Shown one piece after another: positions 1-7,579 of a stretch of DNA of 15,025 bases. Position numbers and translations under genes: made by a program. The notes below the pieces were generated by a model that saw only the letters and a list, made by a program, of their open reading frames with translations, was not told the DNA's origin and searched no databases. Source of the stretch: a bacterium (lineage in GTDB: Bacteria > Hinthialibacterota > Hinthialibacteria > Hinthialibacterales > Hinthialibacteraceae); the NCBI GenBank assembly GCA_041946805.1, contig JBHGBC010000152.1, positions 1 to 15,025 on the forward strand. The letters run 5' to 3'. How positions within the stretch are numbered: position 1 is the first letter of the stretch; each line of letters opens with the position of its first letter.

Positions 1-164
1 CGGGAGGCCCCGCATGTCCCGCTGATATCAAGAAAGTCCTCTGGCTCGAGGATTCCGCCGATGGCAGCCCTCTCGACATTATTTCTTACATCACGGATTC
101 CCCCCAAGCTGAAACCAGGATTAAAGCGGAGTATCTCCTTGGCCTCTGTTGTTTCCTCCAGCCA
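1..164 (-). other. mutS2: MutS2 N-terminal-like segment fused in-frame to zorD (fragment)
   Basis: Reads WLEETTEAKEILRFNPGFSLGGIRDVRNNVERAAIGGILEPEDFLDISGTCGAS. This fits without gaps the MutS2 N-terminal pattern as I recall it (LxExxEAxxIxR...GGxxDxR...RAxIGxxLxPxxFxxISG) and does not resemble SNF2 sequence leading to motif II. Confidence 0.75.
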
Positions 165-1655
165 GTTTTCCAGCAAGGCCACCGGGGCGACAATCAAGGA
201 AGGATGATTTTCCGGATTGTGTTCCGAATGGATCCAACTCAGAAACGACAAGGCCTGGAAGGTCTTTCCCAAGCCCATGTCATCCGCCAGCAGAACGCCC
301 GGGACCTTATCATGAAGAGTTTGCAACCAGGCGATACCTTCCTGTTGATGAGGTAAAATTGAGACCTCCTCACGCAGATAGGGGATGGGAAAGAAGCGAT
401 AACCGGCGCCGATTTCCCCTTGTGGTTTTTCGATGTATTCCAAGGATTCGACATTTTCATAAATGATCAGGCAATGATGCTCTGGATCCGGGGTATTCTC
501 GTCCCGCGCGGCGGGCCGGTCCGGTCGGGCCAACTGCCTTTCCGCGGTTTGGATGATGGCGTAAACATCTCCCAGTTCGAGTGTGGCTTCCCTCCAAGTG
601 ACATGACCCAGGTTCTTATTCACCGCCTCGGCGGCCGCGGCTTTGAATTCATCCAGCTCCTCCTGATCGCGAATCAGGACTTTTTTACCATCCTGGCAGA
701 ATCCGGGAATCCATTGGGACTTATATGGTGTAATGAAAGGATAGGCACGGGGGTGGTAGATCCCGATTTCCATCACGCGCCGGCTGAATTGATCCAGATC
801 GACCACCTCGGGATCGAATACCGCCTGGGGATTGTTGAGCAATTCCTGCTTTTCCGGTCCTGAAATCCAGCGTTTGCGCTTGATCTTCTTCAATTCCTGG
901 ACTTGGGATTCGGTGGGAATCACCCGGGTGCGGTTTCCCGCATCGTCCTCCAGATTATAGACATCTTGCGGGGAGGAAAAGCGGTCGAATTTCCGCTGGA
1001 ATTGTGGATTATCAATCCCTTCGATTTCCGGTTGAATTTCAAGCGTATCTCCCTCGCTCCGGTCCACCCGCAGATGGATAATGTGAGGGACGACGATATT
1101 CTCGCCGCGCAGGTACGGCTCCAACACCGCCGCGGCGGCTTCCGCCCGGGCCTTGATATCGGCGAAGCGCAGCCAGTTGTCCCGGGGATGGCGCGGCCGG
1201 GTGGATTGCCGTTCAAATTCATCCAGCGCTTGGCACAACGCAAATTGCGGTTCAGAGAGCAGGTATATCGCACCATCTTGCAAGTGAAGCAGGCATCCGG
1301 AGCGGGAGCCGAAGAGTTGCCGGCCTTGCTCATATTCGAAAAATCCCCACTGAAATTGGAAATCCGGTTCATGAATCGCTCCTTGGGAACGGATCACAAT
1401 TTCAAAGGGATAGAGAGGTGGCAGTTGAAGCAGCTGCCGGTCGCATTCATTGAGCCGGACCGCTTCTTCCCACGGGACCGTGATGGTGTCACCGGCTTGC
1501 TGGGCCTGCCCGTTCTCCAGCCATTCGCTGAGGACGATCCACTGGGCGAACGTCTCCCCCGTAGCTTGCTCCTCGATGTCCCGCAAGGGCATTGGCCGGC
1601 CGTGATCGGAAAAGGAAAAGAGAATGGATTGGTCGTTGGCTTGCCACAGCCGCAT
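1..1655 (-). CDS. zorD: Zorya protein ZorD-like SNF2-family ATPase/helicase, partial (frame open to window edge; SNF2 similarity stops at ~150-165)
   Basis: Translated by hand: ATG at 1655, 6 nt after the zorC stop, begins MRLWQANDQSILFSF and has no stop before base 1. After a ~430-aa N-terminal domain come the SNF2 Q motif (ILPHQQEGIAWL, ~359-324), Walker A (GVLLADDMGLGKTFQALSFL, ~299-240) and motif Ia (LIVAPVALLENWLEE, ~197-153). It lies directly downstream of zorA-zorB-zorC. Confidence 0.88.
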   Translation of the reverse strand, partial: MRLWQANDQSILFSFSDHGRPMPLRDIEEQATGETFAQWIVLSEWLENGQAQQAGDTITVPWEEAVRLNECDRQLLQLPPLYPFEIVIRSQGAIHEPDFQFQWGFFEYEQGRQLFGSRSGCLLHLQDGAIYLLSEPQFALCQALDEFERQSTRPRHPRDNWLRFADIKARAEAAAAVLEPYLRGENIVVPHIIHLRVDRSEGDTLEIQPEIEGIDNPQFQRKFDRFSSPQDVYNLEDDAGNRTRVIPTESQVQELKKIKRKRWISGPEKQELLNNPQAVFDPEVVDLDQFSRRVMEIGIYHPRAYPFITPYKSQWIPGFCQDGKKVLIRDQEELDEFKAAAAEAVNKNLGHVTWREATLELGDVYAIIQTAERQLARPDRPAARDENTPDPEHHCLIIYENVESLEYIEKPQGEIGAGYRFFPIPYLREEVSILPHQQEGIAWLQTLHDKVPGVLLADDMGLGKTFQALSFLSWIHSEHNPENHPSLIVAPVALLENWLEETTEAKEILRFNPGFSLGGIRDVRNNVERAAIGGILEPEDFLDISGTCGAS

Positions 1656-1661
1656 GGTGGA

Positions 1662-3104
1662 TTAGATCCCCATCTTGGTTTTCAACCAATTCGTTAAAAC
1701 ATCTTCCCAACCGTCTTTATGAAACAAACGGCCTTCGTCATAGTTATTTTTTAGAAGCAAATGGCGATTATATTTTTTATAATAATCATTTTTAAGTTGG
1801 TGAACCCATAGTAAAGTCTCTGAAATTTTCGGACAATAATTCGCTTGATTTGGATAGACATAGAGTGCGTTCCCATGATGATTAAATTCAACAAATAATC
1901 GATTTTTGATTTGAAAACATAGCGCACAGTCATTCGAACTGCTCCCAGTCATATTGCCAAAACGAAAGTCAACCAAATCTCTTATCCTTTCATCATGTCT
2001 CAATTTATTTCTGTGTTCCTGCTTACCAAATATTTTCAATGTAGTGATGTGCTGTAGAAATTTCCTCCAAAATATTTTTCTCCGTTTATCCATATCCGTG
2101 GCAATCAGTTCAAAAAAGACATCGATATACTGCCGGGTCAGCCACTCGTTCAGGATATTGCGGGCTTTCTCGAAATCATTTTTCTCCTCTGGCTGCAAAT
2201 CAGGCATTGGCCGCCATTTGACCGGATCCGCGGGATCACCCATTATGCGGATCGCTTCCCGGAACAAGGTTTCCTGGTCGGCGGGAGAGACCCTCTGGTA
2301 CGCGTGGATAATCAGCGGCGGGATCCCCCGCTGGTACGTGAAGGTGCACCCGAATTCCTCGAGGAATTTCACAATGGATAAGATCTTCGTGTCCAGTCCA
2401 TGTGCCTTTCCCGCCAGCCGGATGTACTGGACGGCATACTCCGAAATGTATTCGTAGCCATGCATGCTGGGGGAAAAAGGCGGGATCGCGTAAATATCCG
2501 CGATGGATTTGTCTTGGGCAAGGAGAGCGGCCGCGAATTGCGCGGGGCCGGTTTGGATTTTGAAAAAACGTAAATTCGCTTGCAGATTCCTGATCGAAGG
2601 ACGTTTGCCTTCATACTGTTTGATTTTATTCATCAATATAGTTTGGAAATCGTCTCCCCGCAACGCCCAAATTATACGCCAATATTTGAGAAATATGTTC
2701 ATGAGGGGAGCGATCATGGAATCGAACCAACAATGATTTAGAAACTGAATCGCCTTGATGCCCTGGTTAGACAGCAGAATCGGCGGATGTATATGATCCG
2801 GCCGGTACATCAGGATGCGGGCCAAGCGGAGACGATCCCTTCGTGAGGAAAACACCCGTTGCAGTACCTCGAATTGTTGATCCCGCGAAGCCGATCCCAT
2901 GAAGCGCGCGTAGTATTCCGGCGCGTAATCAGCCGTCTCATCCGAGAAACGGCTTGCGTCATCCACGAATCGTTTAAACGTTTCAGTCCCTTTTTCAATG
3001 GCGCGGCGGACATCCGGCCTGATCCAATTCTCCCCGCCCCGGGCGAATTGAACCGGATCGAAGGTAATGTTCAAGAACTCCTTGGTTTTAGCGGCCGGAT
3101 CCAT
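1662..3104 (-). CDS. zorC: Zorya protein ZorC (EH-signature domain protein)
   Basis: 480-aa ORF overlapping the zorB stop. The C-terminal domain has EH-signature motifs (RRKIFWRKF, FVEFNHHGNALYVY, HKDGWEDVLTNWL). It sits between zorB and a SNF2 ATPase. Confidence 0.88.
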   Translation of the reverse strand: MDPAAKTKEFLNITFDPVQFARGGENWIRPDVRRAIEKGTETFKRFVDDASRFSDETADYAPEYYARFMGSASRDQQFEVLQRVFSSRRDRLRLARILMYRPDHIHPPILLSNQGIKAIQFLNHCWFDSMIAPLMNIFLKYWRIIWALRGDDFQTILMNKIKQYEGKRPSIRNLQANLRFFKIQTGPAQFAAALLAQDKSIADIYAIPPFSPSMHGYEYISEYAVQYIRLAGKAHGLDTKILSIVKFLEEFGCTFTYQRGIPPLIIHAYQRVSPADQETLFREAIRIMGDPADPVKWRPMPDLQPEEKNDFEKARNILNEWLTRQYIDVFFELIATDMDKRRKIFWRKFLQHITTLKIFGKQEHRNKLRHDERIRDLVDFRFGNMTGSSSNDCALCFQIKNRLFVEFNHHGNALYVYPNQANYCPKISETLLWVHQLKNDYYKKYNRHLLLKNNYDEGRLFHKDGWEDVLTNWLKTKMGI

Positions 3105-3894
3105 AATTCAAAATCCCCGTCTGTTCCAGCATGCGGCCGATCTGCACGTCGGCGTTGGTCCGGACCCGGAACTCCACGCGCCGCGAGCGGTCCTTGTCTT
3201 CCTCACCAGTGGCCGTTTGGATGAGTTTGCTGGAAGAAAGACCGTTGGCGGTGATCAGCTGCTGGCACCATTTCCGCTGTTCGCCGCCGACCAGGCGCAG
3301 CACATATTCCAGCACGCTGCGCGTGCGGTTTTGAGAAAGTTCCATGTTATTGAAATAAGACCGTGTGGGATCGGATTCATTGATCCACTCGCTCGAGGTA
3401 TGGCCCTCGATGCGGATCTCTTCGATGTTTTCCTTGTATTTGGGAATGGATAAAATCTGGATGTAGCGGGGAAAGAAGTCATCCAAAATCGATTGAAATC
3501 CCGGTTTGATTTCCGCTTCACCGCGCCCGAACAAGACATCCGGTTCCTGAAAACGGACCGACAGGGTTTCCCGGTCCAGGATTGCGTTCCATCTTTCCAG
3601 ATCGGAACGGAACTCCCTAAACAAATCGTCAAATAATTCCACCTTGAGCAGGTTATACATTCGCGCAATCTGTTGGATTTCCTCCGCCCGGCGGCGGGTT
3701 TCCTCGGCGGCCAGGCGGGTTTCTTCGGCCAGTTGCGTTTTCTTGTTGTATTCCTCGCGCAGCATCAGCAGCGTGGCGGACAGCAACAGGACGAATATCA
3801 TCAGGATCGCCGCCATCAAATCGCCCAGCGACAGCGAGAAGGGATTCTCTTCCTCCCCCAGGGAATGGTTGCGGATATCGCTTTCCGGCATCAT
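3088..3894 (-). CDS. zorB: Zorya protein ZorB (MotB/OmpA-like peptidoglycan-binding motor subunit)
   Basis: Single N-terminal TM helix with the conserved Asp (LSLGDLMAAILMIFVLLL) and an OmpA-like domain (IRIEGHTSSEW, NMELSQNRTRSV, SRRVEFRV). ATG at 3894 lies 8 nt after a GAGGGGGG SD-like run; the track's TTG start at 3900 is less likely. Confidence 0.93.
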   Translation of the reverse strand: MMPESDIRNHSLGEEENPFSLSLGDLMAAILMIFVLLLSATLLMLREEYNKKTQLAEETRLAAEETRRRAEEIQQIARMYNLLKVELFDDLFREFRSDLERWNAILDRETLSVRFQEPDVLFGRGEAEIKPGFQSILDDFFPRYIQILSIPKYKENIEEIRIEGHTSSEWINESDPTRSYFNNMELSQNRTRSVLEYVLRLVGGEQRKWCQQLITANGLSSSKLIQTATGEEDKDRSRRVEFRVRTNADVQIGRMLEQTGILNYGSGR

Positions 3895-3896
3895 GG

Positions 3897-5858
3897 TCAA
3901 CGCCCCCCTCGCGCCGGCGTGGTTGTCGGGCGCGCGTCCTGGATGGTATCCAACATCTCCGTCAATTCCTCGACCGATCCTTTCAACGCGAGCGTGGCAA
4001 GCTCGAATTGGGTAAGATAGTCCTTGAGGCTTTCATTCAATTTTTCATTGACTGTTTTTTGATATTGGGTCAATCCCTCCTGAATTTGCTTGAAGATTTT
4101 CTGCAATCCTTGCTCGATAACCGCGAATTTCTCAGCGTAGTCCTTGGACACGGTTTGGGCGGTGCTCAAGGCGGTTTGCAGTTCACTAAGGCTTTTTTGA
4201 TTTTGGGTAAGAAAATCTTTCGTATGGTTTTTTATGTCTTGCGTTGCCGCATGTAATACCTGCGTGCTGTCACGCAATGCCCGCGAGGATTCTTGGATGG
4301 GCTGCATGACCCTCGACATTTCACGCGTGACTTGGCTGAGTGTACCCGTGGTGGTTTCCATGGCCGCTTGTAACTGCTGATTCAAGGAGGAAAAGCGTTC
4401 CAGCAGGGATACAATCCCCTTCATGAGGCCTTCATGCGCCGAACGGGTATTTTCATCGCGCTGGGTCATTTCCTCAAAAAGACGATGGATTTTCTCCATC
4501 GATGTGTTCCATTGCTGGCGGTTGTTCTCGTTATCCTGGCGCATTTCCTTGATATTTTGAGATGTTTCATCTTGCAGGTCTTTTGTGACCTCACGGGATT
4601 TATCAAGAATAGCATTCAACGTAGCATCCATGCGGGTGAGGATGGCTTCATAATGCTGTTCCACTTTCTCAATTTGCTCCGACAAGCTCTTCCCGGCGGT
4701 ACTGGAGGATTCGGTTATGATCCTCTTATTTTCCTCCACACTCGTTTTCATAATGGTCATCAATTCGGATATTTGTCCTGGCAGCGCGCGCAGTTGATCG
4801 CCGGTTTGATTCAAGGAATCCGCCAGCCGGTTGAGCTGGTCGACCGCGGTCCCCGAAAGCGCCTTGTGCAAGTTTGCACCAATTTGGCGGATTTGTTCCG
4901 CCAACTGATTTGTAATACTTTGAATATATGAGCCAGTGCTTTCATCTCGTTCTTTCCGCAGGTCCGCCACCGCTTCCCGGATTTCCTGAAGCAGCGGATT
5001 CATGGAAGTGGTCACGGATTGCTGAAAGGCGGTACGGACAGCCTCTGCCAGTAGTTGGAGCGTTTCATCCTTGATTTTGATGCCGTCGGCCAGATCCGTC
5101 GAAAACGCCTTCAAGGCGCGGGTTTGTTCCTGAGAGTTGGCACGCAAATCGCGCAGGACGATGGCGGGATAGACCGGATTCCCTTGCTCATCCTGATATA
5201 CGGCGTAGCGGTCCCAATACCGGCATTCCTCCTCCCGGGATATGCGGTATCTCTGATTCAGCCAGGCGGCGATATGCTGAATCTGCTTATCCACAGACCG
5301 GAATGCCCATTTTTCGATGAAGCTGAACAGGATCGAAAGCAACATTCCCCAAACCGATGTGAGAAAGGCCGTGCTCATTCCAGAAAGGAGAGTCTTGATG
5401 CTTTGCTCGATCTGCTCGACCGAATTGGTTTGGAAATCGGAGATCCCGACGACCAGCCCGACAAACGTTCCCAGGATGCCCGATCCCACCAGCACCGCGG
5501 CGACCGAGTTCCAATACCGGAGATTCAAACGCGGCGCGACCACGGAAGTGAAATTGAAATACCGCGCCGCATCCTGGGGGGTTTTGCGCCAGTCCCCCTC
5601 CGCCGTAAAAAACGTGGCGCTGTATTCGTCCCAGAGTGGCTGTAAAAAAGGGCAGGTGCGGATGGAATCAAGGGATAGGTTCCGGATCACTTTCCGGAGA
5701 CTGATAATGATGATCCCCAGTTTTCTAGGCCCGAAGAACAGATAGAGTAACGATCCCCCAAAACAGACCAGGACGCATGTCACCCACCAGATGGTCAGGG
5801 ATTGCTCGAACGAAATGAAATAGGTGTCGTACGGGAAAAAATAACGGAGATATTTCAT
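3897..5858 (-). CDS. zorA: Zorya protein ZorA (MotA-like, 3 TM helices plus long helical cytoplasmic tail)
   Basis: 653 aa. TM1 is near the N-terminus, followed by a cytoplasmic insert (LWDEY...ARYF), MotA/ExbB-like TM2 (GSGILGTFVGLVVGI) and TM3 (AFLTSVWGMLLSILF), then ~450 aa of Q/E/S/T-rich helical tail. It is adjacent to the MotB-like gene. Confidence 0.93.
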   Translation of the reverse strand: MKYLRYFFPYDTYFISFEQSLTIWWVTCVLVCFGGSLLYLFFGPRKLGIIIISLRKVIRNLSLDSIRTCPFLQPLWDEYSATFFTAEGDWRKTPQDAARYFNFTSVVAPRLNLRYWNSVAAVLVGSGILGTFVGLVVGISDFQTNSVEQIEQSIKTLLSGMSTAFLTSVWGMLLSILFSFIEKWAFRSVDKQIQHIAAWLNQRYRISREEECRYWDRYAVYQDEQGNPVYPAIVLRDLRANSQEQTRALKAFSTDLADGIKIKDETLQLLAEAVRTAFQQSVTTSMNPLLQEIREAVADLRKERDESTGSYIQSITNQLAEQIRQIGANLHKALSGTAVDQLNRLADSLNQTGDQLRALPGQISELMTIMKTSVEENKRIITESSSTAGKSLSEQIEKVEQHYEAILTRMDATLNAILDKSREVTKDLQDETSQNIKEMRQDNENNRQQWNTSMEKIHRLFEEMTQRDENTRSAHEGLMKGIVSLLERFSSLNQQLQAAMETTTGTLSQVTREMSRVMQPIQESSRALRDSTQVLHAATQDIKNHTKDFLTQNQKSLSELQTALSTAQTVSKDYAEKFAVIEQGLQKIFKQIQEGLTQYQKTVNEKLNESLKDYLTQFELATLALKGSVEELTEMLDTIQDARPTTTPARGGR

Positions 5859-6156
5859 GATTTAAATAATACAAATATACGGTTTTGTTTAGGTAGATTT
5901 ATGATAAACCCATTTATTGAAAAAAAAGAGGGATCTGCCTTCGTTGGCACCACCTCCCCGTGATCCTGATGGATCCGTCCTTCGGGAATCCGTGATGGAA
6001 TCGTTTCCTGCAGCCGCCATACCGCCGCCAATTCCAAGAAGCATCGTTTACTCCCGGCCAGGATACGGAACCGGATGAACGGCCTGCCTGGGTCCCAGAC
6101 CGGGGCGCGAATTACTCTAAGTACCTAAATAAAAAATGGTTACGATTAATACCGAG

Positions 6157-6185
6157 TTGCATTCAAAGAAGAACTAAAGTAGAAT
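6157..6185 (+). promoter_or_regulatory. Putative sigma70 promoter of the IS630 transposase
   Basis: TTGCAT (6157-6162), 17-nt spacer, TAGAAT (6180-6185), upstream of GGAG (6209-6212) and ATG 6222. Confidence 0.55.
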
Positions 6186-6221
6186 ACTCTCCGGGTGAAA
6201 ACTTAACCGGAGAGCCGAGCC

Positions 6222-6764
6222 ATGAGGCCCCCGCGACCCCTGACCGAAGAACAAAAGACGGAACTCCAGGAATGTCTTAAGCGGGCCAAGAGCAAAGCCG
6301 AATTCCAACGGGTGCAATGCGTCTGGCTCCGGGCGCTGGGGAACCTGACGCCCCCCCAAATCGCCGCCGCCATCGGCTGGAGCTTCAGCCGGGTCAAACA
6401 GATTCAAGGCCGCTATTTCCAGGAAGGGCCGGCCGCGTTTCAGGGTTCCGGGCGCGGGGGGCGGCGGCGGGAGAATCTGACCCCGGCGGAGGAAGAAGCC
6501 CTGCTGGCGGATTTCCGGAAGAAAGCCCAACACGGGGGAATCCTGGTGGTCAGCGAGATCCAGGCGGCCTACGAGCAAGCTGTGGGGCATCCCGTGCCCA
6601 AGTCCACCGTGTACCGGATGCTGGCCCGCCAGGGCTGGCGGAAGATCGCCCCGCGCCATCCCCGCTCGGATATCCAGGCCCCAGAGGCCTGGAAAAAAAA
6701 CTCCCCCGCCGGATCGCCCAAGAAGTCCGCCGCCAAGCGCAAGCGGGACGCCCCGTCCGCCTGA
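6222..6764 (+). CDS. IS630-family transposase OrfA (helix-turn-helix / winged-HTH part)
   Basis: 180 aa with typical IS630 OrfA motifs (FQRVQCVWLR, QIAAAIGWS, GRGGRRRENLT, STVYRMLARQGWRK). It contains the W-K-K-N slippery segment near its end. Confidence 0.85.
   Translation: MRPPRPLTEEQKTELQECLKRAKSKAEFQRVQCVWLRALGNLTPPQIAAAIGWSFSRVKQIQGRYFQEGPAAFQGSGRGGRRRENLTPAEEEALLADFRKKAQHGGILVVSEIQAAYEQAVGHPVPKSTVYRMLARQGWRKIAPRHPRSDIQAPEAWKKNSPAGSPKKSAAKRKRDAPSA
6693..6701 (+). promoter_or_regulatory. -1 programmed frameshift / slippage site (A8C) joining IS630 orfA and orfB
   Basis: AAAAAAAAC at 6693-6701. The -1 frame continues KKLPRRIAQEVRRQ...MFQDEGRFG. Confidence 0.75.
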
Positions 6765-6997
6765 TGTTCCAGGACGAAGGCCGGTTTGGCCGTTTGAGCG
6801 ATCCCCGCCACTGTTGGAGCCCGCCCGGGATCCGTCCCGAAGTGGGGGCGCAGGTGGTGCGGGAATCCACGTTCGCCTTCGCCGCCGTCAGCCCGCATGA
6901 TGGCACGCTCGATTCCCTCCTCCTGCCCGAAGCCAACGCCGGGATGATGTCGCTCTTTCTGACGGAAGTGGCGGCGCGGCATGCGGAAGAATGGATC
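6695..6997 (+). pseudogene. IS630-family transposase OrfB (DDE domain), truncated
   Basis: RLMFQDEGRFGRLSDPRHCWSPPGIRP...FAAVSPHDG...MSLFLTEVAARHAEEWI, after which similarity stops just before the second catalytic Asp. Confidence 0.82.
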
Positions 6998-7521
6998 CGC
7001 TTTCCTCTTTCCGCAGAACCTCCCCCAGCCGTTGGAGTTCCTCATTCGAGAGGACGCGGTCACGGGCTTCCTCGGGGAAGGGCTTGATCCCGGTCGCGGG
7101 ATTCGGGAAGCCGTCGGGTAGGCTTGCGTTACCGCCACGTTGTACAGGGCGCGGATCAACTGGATGGTCCGGTTCGCTTCCACGGGGGACGATTCACCAA
7201 GCCGGGCATGGAGGGAAGCCACGTCCTGGCGGTTCACGCTATCGAGCCGTTTCTTCCCAGGGCGGGGTGATATGACGTTGAAGCCGCAACAGGTTTGTCC
7301 AGGGTGCTTTGTGAAACGTTGCCGATGGTGAAAAAACGCCGCCGCCCCCGGATGGTATAGTCGAGAATGTAACTCTGCCGCCCGGATGGATAAACGCGAA
7401 CGCCGAATCCATCCAAGGCCGCATCCCCTTCGATACAGAGTCCGGAAGTCCCCTTCGGGCTGATTTGCTCCCCGGTAAGTTAATACATCCACGATCTGTT
7501 TTGTGAGCCGTCTCTTTTCAT
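6998..7521 (-). pseudogene. Tyrosine recombinase/integrase remnant (arm-binding N-domain plus core-binding domain), multiply frameshifted, catalytic domain missing
   Basis: GGAG SD then ATG 7521. Stitching frames gives MKR/RLTKQIVDVLTYRG.../DAALDGFGVRVYPSGRQSYILDYTIRGRRRFFTIG/...KKRLDSVNRQDVASLHARLGESSPVEANRTIQLIRALYNVAV/NPATGIKPFPEEARDRVLSNEELQRLGEVL. These are Arm-DNA-bind_3-type integrase motifs. Confidence 0.82.
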
Positions 7522-7579
7522 GACCGTTTCTCCATCAAAAAAAGCCAATAAAAACGGGGTATCATTAGGGGACGTGAGT

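Larger units (their letters stand above)
6147..6997 (+). mobile_element. IS630-family insertion sequence, left part only (3'-truncated)
   Basis: Starts with TA followed by ATACCGAGTTGCATTCAA, which resembles IS630 terminal inverted repeats. It carries an HTH orfA and a -1-frame orfB with the first catalytic motif (MFQDEGRFGR). The second Asp (D..xWH), the LPPYSPELNP.E motif and a right inverted repeat are absent. Confidence 0.8.

Noticed and set aside
420..1697. Plus-strand ORFs 420-863 and 903-1697
   Set aside because: Codon-aligned antisense shadows of the zorD frame, which carries clear SNF2 motifs.
3897..5858. ZorA/ZorB as flagellar MotA/MotB, ExbBD/TolQR or a chemoreceptor
   Set aside because: The long ZorA tail and the coupled EH-signature and SNF2 genes fit Zorya. 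There is no flagellar, TonB or chemotaxis context.
5855..6037. 60-aa minus-strand ORF overlapping the zorA start, as a fifth Zorya gene
   Set aside because: TTG start, no recognisable motif, and it spans the AT-rich promoter region.
6569..7492. 307-aa minus-strand ORF as an intact gene
   Set aside because: It is a composite of integrase fragments in shifting frames plus antisense IS630 sequence.
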